Positions 10,951 through 20,142 of a stretch of DNA of 64,000 nt are shown piece after piece. Both the position numbers and the translations under genes were made by a program. The notes under the pieces are model-generated. The model ran no database searches and was not told where the DNA came from. It worked only from the letters and a program-made list of their open reading frames with translations. How positions within the stretch are numbered: the first letter of the stretch is position 1; each line of letters begins with the position of its first letter. Origin of the DNA: Candidatus Avimonas narfae (GTDB lineage Bacteria > Bacillota > Clostridia > Oscillospirales > Acutalibacteraceae). The stretch lies in NCBI GenBank assembly GCA_904395335.1, contig CAJFNR010000063.1:31940-95939 (forward strand), in the 5' to 3' direction.

Positions 10951-11919
10951 ATGGCGGGTCGAAGACAAGGGCGCGGGTCCTGGAAATCTCGGAAACTGGG
11001 GGAAAAAATTGCTTTCTCCATCACCTCGGCTCTGATTGCCTTGGTGGCGTTGGCCTGCGGACTTATCACTTACAGCGAAACGCTGGACAAGCCCTTCCTG
11101 CCCACCTGGGACGAGATTTTCGGTATGGCGGGCATGACCGACCAGCCCATGGACAGTCGACTGCAGGTGGATATTCTGGATGTGGGCAACGCCGATGCTA
11201 TTCTGGTGCGCAACCAGGGGGTCAATCTGCTCATCGACGCCGGGGAAAACAACGACGGCGATCTGGTGGTACAGGAGCTGCGTTCCCGCAGTATTTCCCG
11301 GCTGGATTACGTCATCGCCACCCATCCCGACGCCGATCACATCGGCGGCATGGATGTGGTGGTGGAGAATATGGAGATCGGCACCTTTTTGATGTCCTTT
11401 ATGCCGGAGGGGGCCACGCCCACCACCAAAACTTATTTGGACATGCTGGAAGCGCTGGACAGCAAGGGAGTGGCCGTCACGGAGGCGGAACCAGGGCAGA
11501 CCTATGCACTGGGCGACGCCCGGCTGGATATTCTGGGCCCGGTGGAGCCGTCGGAGGATACCAACAACAACTCCGTGGTGTGCAAGGTAACCTTCGGTTC
11601 CCAGCGGTTCCTGTTTATGGGCGACGCGGAAAAGGAGGAGGAGGACTCTCTGCTGGCTTCGGGAGCGGATTTGAGAGCGGAGTTCATCAAGCTGGGCCAT
11701 CACGGCAGCAATTCCTCCTCGCAAAAGGAGTTTCTGGAGGCGGTGTCGCCCACCTATGCCGCTATCACCTGCGGCACCGGCAATTCCTACGGCCATCCCC
11801 ACACGGAAACGCTGCAGACGCTGGAGGAGCTGCAGATTACCTACGCCCGCAGCGATCTCAACGGTACCGTCAAGCTCAGCAGTGACGGGTCGTCGATTGC
11901 CGTCGCTACGGAGCGATAG
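10951..11919 (+). CDS. Membrane-anchored metallo-beta-lactamase-fold protein, ComEC/Rec2 C-terminal-domain-like
   Basis: It has an N-terminal transmembrane helix, an MBL-type H-x-D-x-D-H motif (ATHPDADHIGG), and a DILDVGNADAILV segment typical of ComEC-like MBL domains. Confidence 0.75.
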   Translation: MAGRRQGRGSWKSRKLGEKIAFSITSALIALVALACGLITYSETLDKPFLPTWDEIFGMAGMTDQPMDSRLQVDILDVGNADAILVRNQGVNLLIDAGENNDGDLVVQELRSRSISRLDYVIATHPDADHIGGMDVVVENMEIGTFLMSFMPEGATPTTKTYLDMLEALDSKGVAVTEAEPGQTYALGDARLDILGPVEPSEDTNNNSVVCKVTFGSQRFLFMGDAEKEEEDSLLASGADLRAEFIKLGHHGSNSSSQKEFLEAVSPTYAAITCGTGNSYGHPHTETLQTLEELQITYARSDLNGTVKLSSDGSSIAVATER

Positions 11920-11937
11920 GAGCAGGAGGTGCAGAGC

Positions 11938-12156
11938 ATGTGGTATGCAGTGGACCGCTTTGAAGGGGAATGGGCTGTACTTCAGGACGACGAAGGGCAG
12001 TCCCACAATGTTGAACGGAGCCGTCTGCCCCAGGATATCCGGCAGGGGGATGTGCTGCGGCAGACGGACAAGGGATTTGTCCCGGATCCCGAAGAGACCG
12101 CCCGCCGGCGGGAGCGGGTGAGGCGTTTGGAGGAAAGGCTGAGGCAAAAGCGATAG
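11938..12156 (+). CDS. DUF3006-like small protein
   Basis: This 72-aa ORF immediately follows the MBL gene and has an AGGAGG RBS 8 nt upstream of its ATG. The MWYAVDRFEGEWAVL..GDVL pattern matches the small proteins commonly paired with ComEC-like MBL genes. Confidence 0.6.
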   Translation: MWYAVDRFEGEWAVLQDDEGQSHNVERSRLPQDIRQGDVLRQTDKGFVPDPEETARRRERVRRLEERLRQKR

Positions 12157-12284
12157 CGCTGGGGGAAATAGATTAAAAAAGGAAGATAACATTTTTAATT
12201 TAATTGATATTTTATGCGGCATATACTATACTGTATTTGCGGATTTTATATTTTTGATATCAAACAGGGATGAGGGGTGTTTGG

Positions 12285-13214
12285 ATGAAAATATCTGTTC
12301 TACCGGTCCGGATGATTTCTGTGTTTTGTATCTGCTGTTTGTCCCTGCCGTTTTTTGGTGCGGCGTCTGCGGAGATTGTTTCAGTAAATAGAGCAGATGA
12401 TACACGGGAGTCGATTTCCAATACGACTACGACTTGTTTTACTGTTACGACTCAACAAAGCAGTACGTGTGTGACCACAGTATCCCAGCAGACAGATGAG
12501 AATACAACAACGGAAGCATCCTTGTCTGCGGAATCATCAACTGGATCAACTACCACCAGACAAACAACGGCTTCTTCTGTCACACAAGCCACATCGAGCT
12601 CTTCTACTGTGGCTGAGACGACAGGTAGTACCGCATCTGTTACACAGAAGACCGGGAAGGAGATCGTATGGGCTCCTATCGATTGGCCTTTAAACCCGGT
12701 TCCATCACCTTATGACAAACCGAAATCGGATGGGGATTCCCGTTACTCCCATATACTTTCCGAAATCCGGCTTCCCAACAAAACCTGGATTCGTGGAATC
12801 AAACACAATGACGAGTGCTACATTATTCCGGAGGAATTGCCTGTTTTGGCGGAAATATATGGCGGCGGACTCCAATATGATTTCTCCAATCTGCAGGTCA
12901 TGGAGCAATTTTTGAACAGCGGCGATAAAGAGCCCTCGATTTTGCAGGGGATTTCCCTTACAGTTTCCTCGAAAGAGAACGGGGGCATCGTTTCAAAAAC
13001 CTTTCTATGGTATGACGAAACAACGGTAAATCAGCCGTTGTATGACTTGCCTTATTGGACATATACGGATCGTGTTTTGGTCAGCAATCAAGAGGGGGTT
13101 TCTCCGCTGCATCTTTCGATGTGGCATTGGGCCGGCGGCGGCCAGACCGACAGCTTCTATCTGCGATATGAGGATGTTGTGACCATTTTTGAGCAAATCC
13201 AGGCTATTTTTTAA
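12285..13214 (+). CDS. Secreted hypothetical protein with a Thr/Ser-rich low-complexity linker
   Basis: It has a signal peptide (MKISVLPVRMISVFCICCLSLPFFGAASA), a 100-aa T/S-rich stretch, and a C-terminal domain of unknown function. The gene lies in an AT-rich island. Confidence 0.6.
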   Translation: MKISVLPVRMISVFCICCLSLPFFGAASAEIVSVNRADDTRESISNTTTTCFTVTTQQSSTCVTTVSQQTDENTTTEASLSAESSTGSTTTRQTTASSVTQATSSSSTVAETTGSTASVTQKTGKEIVWAPIDWPLNPVPSPYDKPKSDGDSRYSHILSEIRLPNKTWIRGIKHNDECYIIPEELPVLAEIYGGGLQYDFSNLQVMEQFLNSGDKEPSILQGISLTVSSKENGGIVSKTFLWYDETTVNQPLYDLPYWTYTDRVLVSNQEGVSPLHLSMWHWAGGGQTDSFYLRYEDVVTIFEQIQAIF

Positions 13215-13245
13215 AGATTCAATTCAAAAAAGCCATCCGACAATA

Positions 13246-13287
13246 AAAAGCCCACGGACAATACACAAATTTGTCCGTGGGCTTTTT
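13246..13287. terminator. Bidirectional intrinsic terminator
   Basis: AAAAAGCCCACGGACAA-tacacaaat-TTGTCCGTGGGCTTTTT lies between convergent genes. Confidence 0.65.
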
Positions 13288-13297
13288 ATTGTCGAAG

Positions 13298-14047
13298 TCA
13301 ATATTCAGTCAGGGTTTCACCGTCGGCGTGCATGGCTTCTACCGGTTTTTCTTGGCAGGGGGCGTCCAGCTGATTCCGCCAGTTGACCGGCTCCGCCCAC
13401 CGAACCGCGTTGACCAGCACACGCTGGACATACGGGTTGTGGAAGGTGGGGTTGGTCTCGTGGCCGGGCTGAAAATAAAACACCTTGCCCAGTCCGCGGT
13501 GCCAGCAACAGCCGGAGCGGAACAGTTCGCCGCCGCGGAACCAGCCGTTGAACACCAGCTCATCCGGCTGAGGGATGTCGAAGAATTCGCCGTACATCTC
13601 TTCCTTTTCCAGCTCGAAATAGGGGGGGATGCCTTTGGCGATGGGATGGCCGGGATTGACGCACCATACCCGCTCAAATTCGCCTTCCCGCCAGCGCAGG
13701 GAGCAGCTGGTGCCCATGAGCAGTTTGAAGGGCTTGGAATAATGGGCGGAATGCAGGAAGATGATGCCCATGCCACAGAGAACCCGGTCGGCCACCTTGC
13801 GGGCCAGCTCATCCGGAACCTCCCCATGTGCGCCGTGACCCCACCATAACATGACATCGGTGGTATTCAGTACCTCGTCCGGTAGTCCGTGATCCGGCTG
13901 ATCCAGCGTGGCCACGCGGACCTCGAAATCCGCTTCCTTGCCCAGGAAGGAGGCCAGCGCTCCGTGCAGTCCGTCGGGATAGACCTCCTTCATTTCGGGA
14001 ATCAACTGTTCGGAACGGTTTTCATTCCATACGGTTACGCGAATCAA
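13298..14047 (-). CDS. ThuA-like (trehalose-utilisation ThuA family) protein
   Basis: It uses a TTG start with a GAAAGGAG RBS. The N-terminal MIRVTVWNENRSEQ is typical of the ThuA family. It is the last gene of a three-gene minus-strand operon. Confidence 0.8.
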   Translation of the reverse strand: MIRVTVWNENRSEQLIPEMKEVYPDGLHGALASFLGKEADFEVRVATLDQPDHGLPDEVLNTTDVMLWWGHGAHGEVPDELARKVADRVLCGMGIIFLHSAHYSKPFKLLMGTSCSLRWREGEFERVWCVNPGHPIAKGIPPYFELEKEEMYGEFFDIPQPDELVFNGWFRGGELFRSGCCWHRGLGKVFYFQPGHETNPTFHNPYVQRVLVNAVRWAEPVNWRNQLDAPCQEKPVEAMHADGETLTEY

Positions 14048-14072
14048 GGGAATCGCTCCTTTCTCATCCGGT

Positions 14073-15137
14073 TTACAGGTCGCACAGAATCGCCTGACCG
14101 GTGCGGTCGGATTCGAAGCAGGCCTCCATAATCTTCATTACCCGCAGGGTTTCTTCCGGTTTGACCAGCAGCTCCTCGGTGCCGTCCAGCACCGCCGCCA
14201 AATTGCGGTAGGTGATGTCGTAGTCGCCCGCGTATTTGTTGGGATCCAGGGTGATTTCCTCCGTGGTGTCCTTAGCGCGGGGAGCCATGGTCCGCGTGGG
14301 GCCGGCTTTGGTATACACGATATCTTCGCCCCAGGTGATCTCATATTCCTTGGCCCGCACGATATGCCCGTTGCAGTCCCAGGTGGGGATGGACAGGGTG
14401 CCGCGGTTGCCGCACACGTACCAGCGGGGCGCGTCGATGTAATGGCTGGTGCCCACCTCCACGTGGCAGACGGCGCCGTTATCAAACTTCATGGTCAGCT
14501 TGAAGCCGTCGTCGCATTCCTTGTACACCACATGGTACATGTTGCAGTAAATGGAAGTGACTTTGTGGCCGGGGAACATATTGGTCATCTGGTCGATGAG
14601 GTGGACGCCCCAATCCAGCATCATACCGCCGCCGGCTACGGCATACAGCCGCCAGCCCTCCGGGATGCCCCGGGCGCCGGTAACGCGGGATTCAATCTGA
14701 AATACGTCGCCCAGCAGGCCGGTTTCAATGGCCTCCCGCACATGGAGATAGTCGGGATCGTGGCGGCGGTTTTGATGGACCGTGAACACGCTGCCGGTGC
14801 GCTTGGCGCAGTCGATCATTTTCTGGGTTTCTTCGCTGGACATGGATACAGGCTTTTCGCACAGCACGGCTTTGCCCGCCTCCAGCGCCTGGCAGACCAG
14901 CGGCATGTGGAAGTTGTTGGGAGTGGCGACTACCACGATGTCGATTTCCTTATCGGCTAAGAGGGCCTCATAGGAGTCGTAGCATACGCTGAGTCCATCC
15001 TCCACGGCCAGCTTCATGCGCTCGGGGTTCAGGTCGTAGGTGCCCTTGAAGACCACCCGGTCGGTTTTGTGGATGCCCTGGACATGCCAGCGGCCCATGC
15101 CGCCGTAGCCCACGATCGCTGCTTTGTACTGCTTCAT
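14073..15137 (-). CDS. Gfo/Idh/MocA-family NAD(P)-dependent oxidoreductase
   Basis: An internal Met with an RBS gives MKQYKAAIVGYGGMGRWH, a Rossmann GxGxxG fold. The longer track ORF 14073..15227 is an upstream extension. Confidence 0.85.
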   Translation of the reverse strand: MKQYKAAIVGYGGMGRWHVQGIHKTDRVVFKGTYDLNPERMKLAVEDGLSVCYDSYEALLADKEIDIVVVATPNNFHMPLVCQALEAGKAVLCEKPVSMSSEETQKMIDCAKRTGSVFTVHQNRRHDPDYLHVREAIETGLLGDVFQIESRVTGARGIPEGWRLYAVAGGGMMLDWGVHLIDQMTNMFPGHKVTSIYCNMYHVVYKECDDGFKLTMKFDNGAVCHVEVGTSHYIDAPRWYVCGNRGTLSIPTWDCNGHIVRAKEYEITWGEDIVYTKAGPTRTMAPRAKDTTEEITLDPNKYAGDYDITYRNLAAVLDGTEELLVKPEETLRVMKIMEACFESDRTGQAILCDL

Positions 15138-15217
15138 TTGTATCAAGCCTTCCCAATGACAATTATTTGGCCGGGCGGGAAGGCCCGGCCATATTGACAA
15201 AAATAAAGTGGCGGCGC

Positions 15218-16183
15218 TTAGGCCCACCAGGCGGCGGTGGGATCCTCCGTGATGAGAATTTCCTTCAGGAAGGACACGGCCTTTTCCAGGCCCTCCTTCA
15301 CGGACATGAGACCGTCCTCGTGCTCGATGCTGATGACGCCGTCATATCCGGTCATTTTCAGGTTGGAGATCATGTCCTTCCAATAGTTCATGTCGTTGCC
15401 GTAGCCCACTGTGCGGAACGCCCAGCTCCTCACGGAGATATCGTTGAAGGTCTTGGGATCCAGCACGCCGTTGACCGCCGCGTTGTACGGGTCGATCTTG
15501 GTATCCTTTGCATGGAAGTGATAGATAGCGCCTTTGAGCGCGCGGATAGCGGCCACCGGATCGATTCCCTGCCAGATCAGATGACTGGGGTCGAAGTTGG
15601 CGCCGATGATATCGCCCACCGCTTCCCGCAGGCGGAGCAGGGATTCCGGGTTGTATACGCAGAAGCCGGGATGCATCTCAAAAGCGATTTTTTTCACGCC
15701 ATAGGACTGGGCGATGGCGGCGGCTTCCTTCCAATAGGGGATGAGCACCTCATTCCACTGCCATTCCAGGATTTCGGAGTAATCCCCCGGCCAGGCGCAG
15801 GTGACCCAGTTGGGCCGCTTGGATTCCGGGCAGTCGCCGGGGCAGCCGGAGAAGGTGACCACGGTTTCCACTCCCAGCTTTTGCGCCAGCTTGCAGGTGT
15901 TGACATATACGCGGTGGTATTCCGCGGCTTTGTCCTTGTCCGGATGGACGGGATTGCCGTGGCAGGACAGGGCAGCGATTTCCAGATGATATTTTTCCAG
16001 CAGCGCCTTGACCTGAGCCACCTTGTTATCATCCGCCAGACAGCCCTCTACATCCAGATGGCAGGCGCAAGTGTATCCGCCGGTGCCCAGCTCCAACGCC
16101 TGAACGCCCAGGCCGCTTAGATAAGCGAAAGCCTCTTCCGCCGGGATATTCTGCAGCGGGACGGTCAATACTCCCAGTTTCAT
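15218..16183 (-). CDS. Sugar phosphate isomerase/epimerase (xylose-isomerase-like TIM barrel)
   Basis: 321 aa, with MKLGVLTVPL..ALELGTGGY characteristic of AP-endonuclease-2 / xylose-isomerase-like TIM-barrel proteins. Confidence 0.85.
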   Translation of the reverse strand: MKLGVLTVPLQNIPAEEAFAYLSGLGVQALELGTGGYTCACHLDVEGCLADDNKVAQVKALLEKYHLEIAALSCHGNPVHPDKDKAAEYHRVYVNTCKLAQKLGVETVVTFSGCPGDCPESKRPNWVTCAWPGDYSEILEWQWNEVLIPYWKEAAAIAQSYGVKKIAFEMHPGFCVYNPESLLRLREAVGDIIGANFDPSHLIWQGIDPVAAIRALKGAIYHFHAKDTKIDPYNAAVNGVLDPKTFNDISVRSWAFRTVGYGNDMNYWKDMISNLKMTGYDGVISIEHEDGLMSVKEGLEKAVSFLKEILITEDPTAAWWA

Positions 16184-16243
16184 TTTTCATCCGCCTTTCT
16201 TTCCGTTTGAATAAGGAGAGAATACATTTAATAAGTTACCTAC

Positions 16244-16271
16244 ATAATAGCGCGGGAATGACATTTTTCAA
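16244..16271 (-). promoter_or_regulatory. Candidate sigma-A promoter for the isomerase-oxidoreductase-ThuA operon
   Basis: On the minus strand there is TTGAAA, a 16-nt spacer, then TATTAT. It sits between the araC-like gene and the operon. Confidence 0.35.
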
Positions 16272-16316
16272 TCCTATTTTTTATGCCGTTATTCAACAAT
16301 CTTTCGATATTTCGCC

Positions 16317-17255
16317 TTAGGAAACCGGTGGCTCTCCGGAAGAAGTGAATTCCTTCTGGCGATAATAGGCGGGGGTGTGCCCGGTCACCTTATGGAAAGC
16401 CTTATAGAAATTGGTGCTGTTGTTGAATCCGCAGGAGAGGGAAATTTCTGTCAGGCTGCGGTTGGTGGTGCGGATGTATTCGATGGCGCGCTGCACCCGT
16501 TTATATACGATATACTCCACCGGGGATTGTCCGTTGAAGCGTTTGAACAGGGTGGAAAAATAGGCAGGGCTGACATGGGCGATCTCCGCCAGACGGGCTA
16601 GGCGCAGCTCGCCGTCCAGATGGGCGTCAATATAGCGCAGCACCTCGTTGAGCTGGTTGATATCGCTTTCCGGCAGCGGCTTTACCGCCTTTTTGTTGTC
16701 GATATAGTCGTAATTGCGGATGATCTCCGCAAAAATCGTCTGCAACTTGATTTTGATCAGCAGCTCGTAACAGATCTTTTGTTCCTCGAATTCCCGCGCC
16801 ATATCGTGGATCAGCTCGCCGATATGGGCGGTGGCGGGATTCTCGCGGTCCAGTCGGTTGGAGAAATGCTCGCTCCGTTCAAAAAAGATCAGTAGGAAGT
16901 TGTAATCGATGTCGTTGGAGAGGGAGTTCCAGATGAACGACGGGCGGAAATGGATGACCAGTTGATCCAACTTTCCGCTCTCAGGAAGAAACAGCCCGTG
17001 GGATTCCGTGTTGTTGAGCAGAAAAACATCCCCCGGTGCCACATCGTATTGCCGGTCGCCGATATGGTAGACCCCGTGTCCGCTGCGGACCCAGGAAAGC
17101 TCCAGCTCATGGTGCGAATGCATTTCCGCCGTGTGCGGCCCGGTCAGCCGGTGGACGCCTAGGCTCAGCAGGGTGGTTCCGCTCTTATCCCGGAGATCAT
17201 AGACGTTCAGCACGTCCACGCCCATGAAAATCCACTGCCTTTCCGTCAATGACAA
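16317..17255 (-). CDS. AraC-family transcriptional regulator (cupin sensor plus HTH)
   Basis: The C-terminal AraC HTH signature is LSCGFNNSTNFYKAFHKVTGHTPAYYRQ, and there is an N-terminal cupin-like domain. Confidence 0.85.
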   Translation of the reverse strand: MSLTERQWIFMGVDVLNVYDLRDKSGTTLLSLGVHRLTGPHTAEMHSHHELELSWVRSGHGVYHIGDRQYDVAPGDVFLLNNTESHGLFLPESGKLDQLVIHFRPSFIWNSLSNDIDYNFLLIFFERSEHFSNRLDRENPATAHIGELIHDMAREFEEQKICYELLIKIKLQTIFAEIIRNYDYIDNKKAVKPLPESDINQLNEVLRYIDAHLDGELRLARLAEIAHVSPAYFSTLFKRFNGQSPVEYIVYKRVQRAIEYIRTTNRSLTEISLSCGFNNSTNFYKAFHKVTGHTPAYYRQKEFTSSGEPPVS

Positions 17256-17479
17256 ATTGAAAACTTTATGAAAAAGATCCTTTTGGGATATCCCTCATTC
17301 TAGGAGATTTTTTGAGGGTTGTCAATCGTACAGAGCACATTTTCACAAAAGAACCGGCCCTGAATGAACCGATAAGTCAGTCGCCTCTTTTTTGCCAAGG
17401 AAAAAAGAGATAAGCTGTTTTTCCCCGGAAAGGAGCCGGGGCAGACGAAGCCGAAAAAGTGTTCGATTTTCTTGCCCTG

Positions 17480-17520
17480 ACATTGCTCCGTGTGGTAAGA
17501 TATGATATAATCGGGTAGAT
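17480..17520 (+). promoter_or_regulatory. Strong candidate promoter with an extended -10 (TGATATAAT) inside the 680-nt ORF-free region upstream of ruvC
   Basis: TGATATAAT at 17503-17511 matches the extended -10 consensus TGnTATAAT. No credible protein-coding ORF follows for about 420 nt. Confidence 0.4.
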
Positions 17521-17937
17521 CCTATATATGCGGGTGCAATCGGTGTGGGAGAAGCTTTCCCATTAAGGTGACCTTCCTCTTACGTGGGAAGCGCCTATCC
17601 CCTGGACGGGGATGGGGCGGAAAGCTATAATACGATTGCTTCTGGGATTGGGAAGATTCCTTTTTCACCTCACCAGTCGCCGCTGCCAACCTTTTTCCAA
17701 GCCCGGTTCGCCGGCAGTTTCCTCCTCAAGGGAAAGCCTTTGCACGGCCGGGCGATACTATCAAAGGGCGTGTTTGTACCTGGCCCAAAGAGGGACAACC
17801 CCCTTCCTCCCCATTTTCTATGGGTAGGGGCCGTTGAACAGTCGAGGAAGGCAGCCGGCGACCTTTTTCCTAAACCATATCCACCGGCAAAAGGCCGGAA
17901 AAACAGCCCTTTACCGGTACCGGACGAGGAGGAGAGC

Positions 17938-18441
17938 ATGATCATATTTGGAATTGATCCCGGGTATGCCATTGTGGGCTGGGGCTGCGTCCGTTATGAA
18001 AGGGGCCGCTTTCTTCCCCTGGATTTCGGGGCGGTGCTCACTCCCGCGGGGATGGACTTTTCCCGCCGGTTGGAGTTGATTTACGATGAGCTGACCGCAC
18101 TGTTCGTCCGTTTTCAGCCAGATGCCCTTTCAGTGGAAAAGCTCTATTTTAAGAACAATCAGAAAACCGCTATCGATGTGGCGGAGGCGCGGGGCGTTAT
18201 CCTCCTGGCGGCGCAAAAACAGAGGCTGCCGCTATTTGAATACACGCCCCTTCAGGTCAAAAGCGCGGTAACAGGCTACGGCAAGGCGGAAAAGCCTCAG
18301 GTCATGGAGATGACCCGGCGCTTGCTGGGGCTGCGAGAGGTTCCCAAGCCCGACGATACCGCCGATGCGCTGGCGCTGACCATCTGTCATGGACAGATGG
18401 GAGGAACGGCGCTCAAGCGCCGGCTGGTGTCCGGACGTTGA
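17938..18441 (+). CDS. ruvC: crossover junction endodeoxyribonuclease RuvC
   Basis: An internal ATG with a GAGGAGGAGAG RBS gives MIIFGIDPGYAIVGWG, the canonical RuvC N-terminus. The track ORF 17584..18441 is an artefactual upstream extension. Confidence 0.9.
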   Translation: MIIFGIDPGYAIVGWGCVRYERGRFLPLDFGAVLTPAGMDFSRRLELIYDELTALFVRFQPDALSVEKLYFKNNQKTAIDVAEARGVILLAAQKQRLPLFEYTPLQVKSAVTGYGKAEKPQVMEMTRRLLGLREVPKPDDTADALALTICHGQMGGTALKRRLVSGR

Positions 18442-18466
18442 GGAAAATCATCCATGCGAAAGGGGA

Positions 18467-19072
18467 ATGGCCTTGTTTTACAGTGTCAGAGGAGAGCTGA
18501 TTCATGCGGAAGCCCGTATGGCCGTCGTGGAATGCGGCGGCGTGGGCTTCCGCTGTCATATCACGATGAACACGGCCCGGCAGCTGCCCGCTGTGGGGGA
18601 AGAGGTGCTGCTGTACACCATGCTGTCGGTGCGGGAAGATGCCCTGGAGCTGTTCGGCTTTGCCGATCAGGCGGAACTGAACTGTTTCAGGCAGCTGACG
18701 GCAGTTTCCGGCGTGGGGCCCAAGGCCGCGGCCGCCGTGCTGTCGGAGCTGTCGCCGGAAAAGGTGGCTCTGGCTGTGGCCTCCGGGGATTACAAGACTA
18801 TTACCAGGGCGCAGGGCGTCGGTCCCAAGCTGGCGCAGCGAATCGTGTTGGAGATGAAGGACAAGGTGGGGAATCTGGCCGTCAGCGAAAGCGGAACGCT
18901 TCCCGCTGGCCCGGTTTCTGCGGCGGGAGCGGCCGCGGAGGCGGTTTCCGCCCTGACCATGCTGGGATTTACACCCGGCGAGGCCAGCGCCGCCGTGGGA
19001 AAGCTGGACAGCTCCCTGCCGGTGGAGGAGCTGGTGCGCCTTTCCCTGAAAGCGCTGGGCCGCAAGGGATAA
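18467..19072 (+). CDS. ruvA: Holliday junction DNA helicase RuvA
   Basis: It starts at the MALFYSVRGEL Met with an AAAGGGGA RBS. It has HhH motifs (AVSGVGPKAA and AQGVGPKLAQRI) and a C-terminal domain. Confidence 0.9.
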   Translation: MALFYSVRGELIHAEARMAVVECGGVGFRCHITMNTARQLPAVGEEVLLYTMLSVREDALELFGFADQAELNCFRQLTAVSGVGPKAAAAVLSELSPEKVALAVASGDYKTITRAQGVGPKLAQRIVLEMKDKVGNLAVSESGTLPAGPVSAAGAAAEAVSALTMLGFTPGEASAAVGKLDSSLPVEELVRLSLKALGRKG

Positions 19073-19098
19073 CCGCTCTATAAAAGGAGAAGCCGTTC

Positions 19099-20118
19099 AT
19101 GGAAATGGATTACGAAAACCGTATGGTATCCGCCGACTATCTGCCGGAGGATGAGGGGGACAATCCCCTGCGTCCGCAGGAGCTGTCGGATTATATCGGC
19201 CAGACCAAGGTCAAGGAAAACCTCTCCGTCTTTATCAATGCGGCCAAGCTGCGGGGAGAGGCGCTGGATCATGTGCTGCTGTACGGGCCTCCCGGCTTGG
19301 GGAAAACCACTCTGGCTGGCATTATCGCCAACGAAATGGGGGTCAACCTGCGCATTACGGCAGGGCCTGCGTTGGAACGGGCCGGGGATCTGGCGGCATT
19401 GCTCACCAATCTGGATCCCGGGGATGTGTTGTTCATCGACGAAATTCACCGGTTGCCCCGGACGGTGGAGGAGATCCTGTATCCGGCCATGGAGGATTTT
19501 GCCATCGACATTATCAACGGCAAGGGGCAGGGGGCGGCGTCCATCCATCTGCCGCTGCCCCGGTTCACCCTTATCGGTGCCACCACCCGGGCGGGGCAGC
19601 TGTCTGCGCCGTTGCGGGACCGATTCGGTATGGTGATGCGCCTCGAGCTGTACACTCCGGAAGAACTGGCGCAGATCGTATCCCGCAGTGCCCGGATCCT
19701 GGGCATTCCCTGCGAGCCGGACGGTGCGCTGGAAATCGCCTCCCGTTCCCGGGGCACGCCTCGGATTGCCAACCGGCTGCTCAAACGGGTTAGGGACTTC
19801 GCCCAGGTGATCAGCGACGGCGTCATCACCTGCGATGCGGCCCGGGAGGCTTTGGATCGGCTGGAGGTGGACGAGCTGGGGCTGGACATGGTGGATCGCC
19901 GGATGCTGGAGGCCATGATTCGCCACTACAACGGCGGCCCGGTGGGACTGGATACCCTGGCGGCCGTGATCGGCGAGGAAGCAGTCACCATCGAGGACGT
20001 GTACGAGCCGTATCTGATGCAGATTGGTTTTTTGAGCCGGACTCCCCGGGGACGGGTGGTGCTGCCGGCGGCCTATGAGCATTTGGGCATCGAATATTCC
20101 GGCCAGCTCATGCTATAG
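19099..20118 (+). CDS. ruvB: Holliday junction DNA helicase RuvB
   Basis: An AAA+ ATPase with Walker A ([11 protein letters not shown]), Walker B (DEIHR) and the RuvB C-terminal winged helix. Confidence 0.95.
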   Translation: MEMDYENRMVSADYLPEDEGDNPLRPQELSDYIGQTKVKENLSVFINAAKLRGEALDHVLLYGPPGLGKTTLAGIIANEMGVNLRITAGPALERAGDLAALLTNLDPGDVLFIDEIHRLPRTVEEILYPAMEDFAIDIINGKGQGAASIHLPLPRFTLIGATTRAGQLSAPLRDRFGMVMRLELYTPEELAQIVSRSARILGIPCEPDGALEIASRSRGTPRIANRLLKRVRDFAQVISDGVITCDAAREALDRLEVDELGLDMVDRRMLEAMIRHYNGGPVGLDTLAAVIGEEAVTIEDVYEPYLMQIGFLSRTPRGRVVLPAAYEHLGIEYSGQLML

Positions 20119-20142
20119 GCGGCATACAGATGGAGAAAGGCG

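Noticed and set aside
17584-17937. N-terminal 118-codon extension of ruvC in the track ORF 17584..18441.
   Set aside because: It is Pro/Gly-rich with no RBS at the GTG. Canonical RuvC starts at the MIIFGIDPG Met, which has a strong RBS.
17256-17937. Identity of the region as RNase P RNA, tmRNA, SRP RNA or 6S RNA.
   Set aside because: The universally conserved cores are not present: there is no GGAAAGUCCGG or ACAGAANCCGGCUUA for RNase P, no tag-peptide ORF or ...CCA tRNA-like end for tmRNA, and no AGGUCCGGAAGGAAGCAGC for SRP.
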